The notes below the pieces were generated by a model, which saw only the letters and a list, made by a program, of their open reading frames with translations, searched no databases and was not told the DNA's origin. A program made the translations under genes and the position numbers. Of a DNA stretch of 64,000 bases, positions 62,020 to 64,000 are shown piece by piece (the stretch's first letter is position 1; the number at the start of each line of letters is the position of its first letter). Origin of the DNA: Felis catus (lineage: Eukaryota); NCBI RefSeq assembly GCF_018350175.1, contig NC_058379.1, positions 24,242,001 to 24,306,000 of the forward strand, written 5' to 3'.

Positions 62020-63130
62020 TTTATGAAATTTCTACTGAAGTCGTATGGTTTTATCACAAATTATTTCATCTCTACCCCTGCTGTTATATATTTAGCTTCA
62101 AAATTTTTGGTATTATAAAATCTGGAAAAACATCTTTGTAGATAAATCTTTGAACATATTTCTCATCATTTCCTTTGGCTAAATTATTAAAAGTAGGCTT
62201 GCTTGGAAAAATCATATTAAGGCTTCTGATACTTAATGTTAAATAGCTCTCAGAAAGGCTATATCTGTTTTCTGTCCTACCAGCAATGTATCAGAGGTTC
62301 TATTTCCCTGCACTGGCCAACACTTGGAATTACTAACTAATAAATAACATAAACTAAAATGTCAGCTTGATAAGTAAAACCAAAAAGTGGTATATTGATT
62401 GCTGTTTTACTTTGCATTTCTTTAATTGCTATTGGGGCTGACTTTTTTTTTTAATGTTTATTTATTATTATTGAGAGACAGAGAGACACAGAGTGTGAGC
62501 CACGGGAGGGGTAGAGAGAGGGGGAGAACAGAATCTGAAGTAGGCTCCAGGCTCTGAGCTGTTAGCACAGAGCCCGATGCGGGGCTTGAACTCAAAAACG
62601 GAGAGATCATGACCTGAGCTGAAGTTAGTCGCCTCACCAACTGAGCCACTCAGGTGCCCCTGGGGCTGACTATTTTTAAAAATTTCTTTTATAAAAAGCT
62701 TGAATACTCATCCTTTTTTTTCTGTTGTGATATTTGATTATTTTATTTTTTTATGTTTTTTTTTGATGTTGGTTATTTAATATTGATCTGATACTAGGCC
62801 TTGCAGTATCAGCCCAGTGAGCTGTTGGACAATTTGTGTTCTAATGCACAGTTTTAATTATTGTTGCTTTATTGCACATTTTATATCTGCTATAAGCTTC
62901 ATAACATTATTCTTTAAAAAAAAATCTAGAATATTCTTATCTTCCCTCAGTACCCCCAAATGAACTTTAAAATCACTTTGTTGAATTTTGGAGACTCTTC
63001 CATTGGTATTTTTGTTGGAATTATATTAAATTTACATATTAATCATGGATAAATTGATGTCCTTTCAATAGTTGGTCTTCTGTTGAGGAGCCTGGTCTGC
63101 TCTTGCGTTTCACCTTTTATGCCCTTCAGC
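62020..63130 (-). mobile_element. Very old L1M (L1ME-like) fragments
   Basis: ttctgtcctaccagcaatgtatcagaggttctatttccctgcactggccaacact...ttttgttggaattatattaaatttac; degenerate. Confidence 0.6.
62444..62660 (-). mobile_element. CAN-SINE
   Basis: TSD TGGGGCTGACT at 62433-62443 and 62661-62671. Confidence 0.94.
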
Positions 63131-63159
63131 GATCGATACGTTTAGGGAGAGTTTTTCCA

Positions 63160-63468
63160 TATTTATTTATTTTTATTTGAATGTAGTTGACACACAATGT
63201 TACATTAGTTTCAGGTGTACAACATAATGGTTTTACAAGTTTATATATTGCTCACCACAATGTAGCTACCATCTGTCACCACACAACACTATTACAATAT
63301 CACTGACTGTATTCCCTATGGCTGTGAAGTTTATTCCTGCAACTTCTCATTCCGTAACCGGAAGCCTGTATCTCCCACTCCTTTGACTCATTTTCCCCAT
63401 CCATCCCCTCCCTTCTGGCATCCATCAGTTTGTTCTTTGTATTTTTAGTTCTGATTCTGCTTTTTGTT
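63160..63468 (-). mobile_element. Carnivore L1 3' UTR
   Basis: ttgaatgtagttgacacacaatgttacattagtttcaggtgtacaacat...ccggaagcctgtatctcccactc...ccatcagtttgttct. Confidence 0.9.
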
Positions 63469-63621
63469 NNNNNNNNNNNNNNNNNNNNNNNNNNNNNNNN
63501 NNNNNNNNNNNNNNNNNNNNNNNNNNNNNNNNNNNNNNNNNNNNNNNNNNNNNNNNNNNNNNNNNNNNNNNNNNNNNNNNNNNNNNNNNNNNNNNNNNNN
63601 NNNNNNNNTTTTAGGGCTACA

Positions 63622-63878
63622 TAAAAACAAACCTGGAATATCACAATTCCAGATTATAAGATATACTACAAAGCTGTAGTAATCAAAATAATATGGTACT
63701 GGCACAAAACAGACACATAGATCAGTGGAACAGAATATAGAACCCAGAAATAACCCCACATTTATATGGTCAATTAAAGTATGACAAAGGAGGCAAGAAT
63801 ATGAAATGGGGAAAAGACAGTCTCTTCAGTAAATGATGTTGGGAAAACTGTACATGTGGAATGAAATTAGACCACTTC
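63622..63878 (+). mobile_element. L1 ORF2 fragment in opposite orientation
   Basis: Encodes [20 protein letters not shown] and then, after a frameshift, RHIDQWNRI-like peptide, typical of L1 ORF2. Confidence 0.92.
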
Positions 63879-63879
63879 T

Positions 63880-64000
63880 GGGACACTTGTGGGGCTCAGT
63901 CACCTAAATGTCTGACTCTGGCTCAGGTCATGATCTCTCGGTTTGTGAGTTCGAGCCCCGCATTGGGCTCTGTGCTGACAGTGCAGAGCCTGCACGGGAT
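63880..64000 (+). mobile_element. CAN-SINE 5' part (runs off the window)
   Basis: ggggctcagtcacctaaatgtctgactctggctcaggtcatgatctc...gagttcgagccccgcattgggctctgtgctgacag. Confidence 0.9.

Larger units (their letters stand above)
16681..63608. other. Twelve N-gaps
   Basis: 16681-16832, 19739-19878, 21755-21894, 25146-25293, 26875-27022, 31902-32088, 34416-34563, 37972-38167, 46999-47178, 49254-49383, 58521-58676, 63469-63608 (130-196 nt each). Confidence 0.99.
1..64000 (+). other. TTC28: TTC28 gene body (3' part of giant intron 2 through start of intron 5)
   Basis: Two spliced coding segments on + (57336-57608 and ending 58701) match consecutive TTC28 peptides. No other recognisable coding sequence; the rest is repeat-rich intron-like DNA. 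Intron numbering is recalled from the human gene. Confidence 0.9.

Noticed and set aside
16550-63759. ORFs containing runs of X
   Set aside because: Artefacts of stop-free N-gaps.
2831-64000. tRNA-like A/B boxes
   Set aside because: They belong to tRNA-derived SINE heads and MIRs. No cloverleaf tRNA, rRNA, snRNA, 7SL or NUMT sequence was recognised.
2265-64000. SINE strand bias (19 antisense vs 11 sense by my count)
   Set aside because: Not distinguishable from 50:50 at this sample size; antisense L1 excess in introns is already well known.
1-64000. Counterpart of the hot source L1 known in a human TTC28 intron
   Set aside because: That insertion is human-specific, and no full-length L1 (5' UTR, ORF1, intact ORF2) is present here.
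1-64000. CRISPR arrays, operons, CpG-island promoter
   Set aside because: Mammalian intron with no regularly spaced repeats and no CpG island.

Overview
Mammalian genomic DNA from a felid, judged by about 30 tRNA-derived CAN-SINEs that include near-consensus cat-type SINEC_Fc copies. The sequence is AT-rich, CpG-depleted and interrupted by 12 N-gaps of 130-196 nt. The whole window appears to lie inside TTC28 (TPR-repeat protein 28), which runs on the + strand. One coding exon is fully visible (57336-57608, 273 nt, DSLEPTYQQLQKMKLDKSPF...DVAKTL). The 3' end of the next exon (...AMKLKDRE|gt, ends 58701) emerges from an N-gap. The preceding exon is not visible and probably lies in the N-gap at 46999-47178. 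The rest is intronic: SINEs (many with TSDs), L1, L2, MIR, LTR and hAT DNA-transposon relics, and microsatellites. Most notable observations: (1) a ~330-bp inverted duplication of largely non-repeat DNA (43131-43458 / 44246-44584, ~93% identical); (2) a three-exon module bracketed by inverted SINEs that, if back-spliced, would give a stop-free circular TPR ORF; (3) an L1 with a short 3' transduction at a target site used twice; (4) a templated patch inside a SINE; (5) several nested insertions. Repeat subfamily names and TTC28 exon numbers and lengths are recalled from memory, not from a database search. Coordinates of old repeats are approximate.
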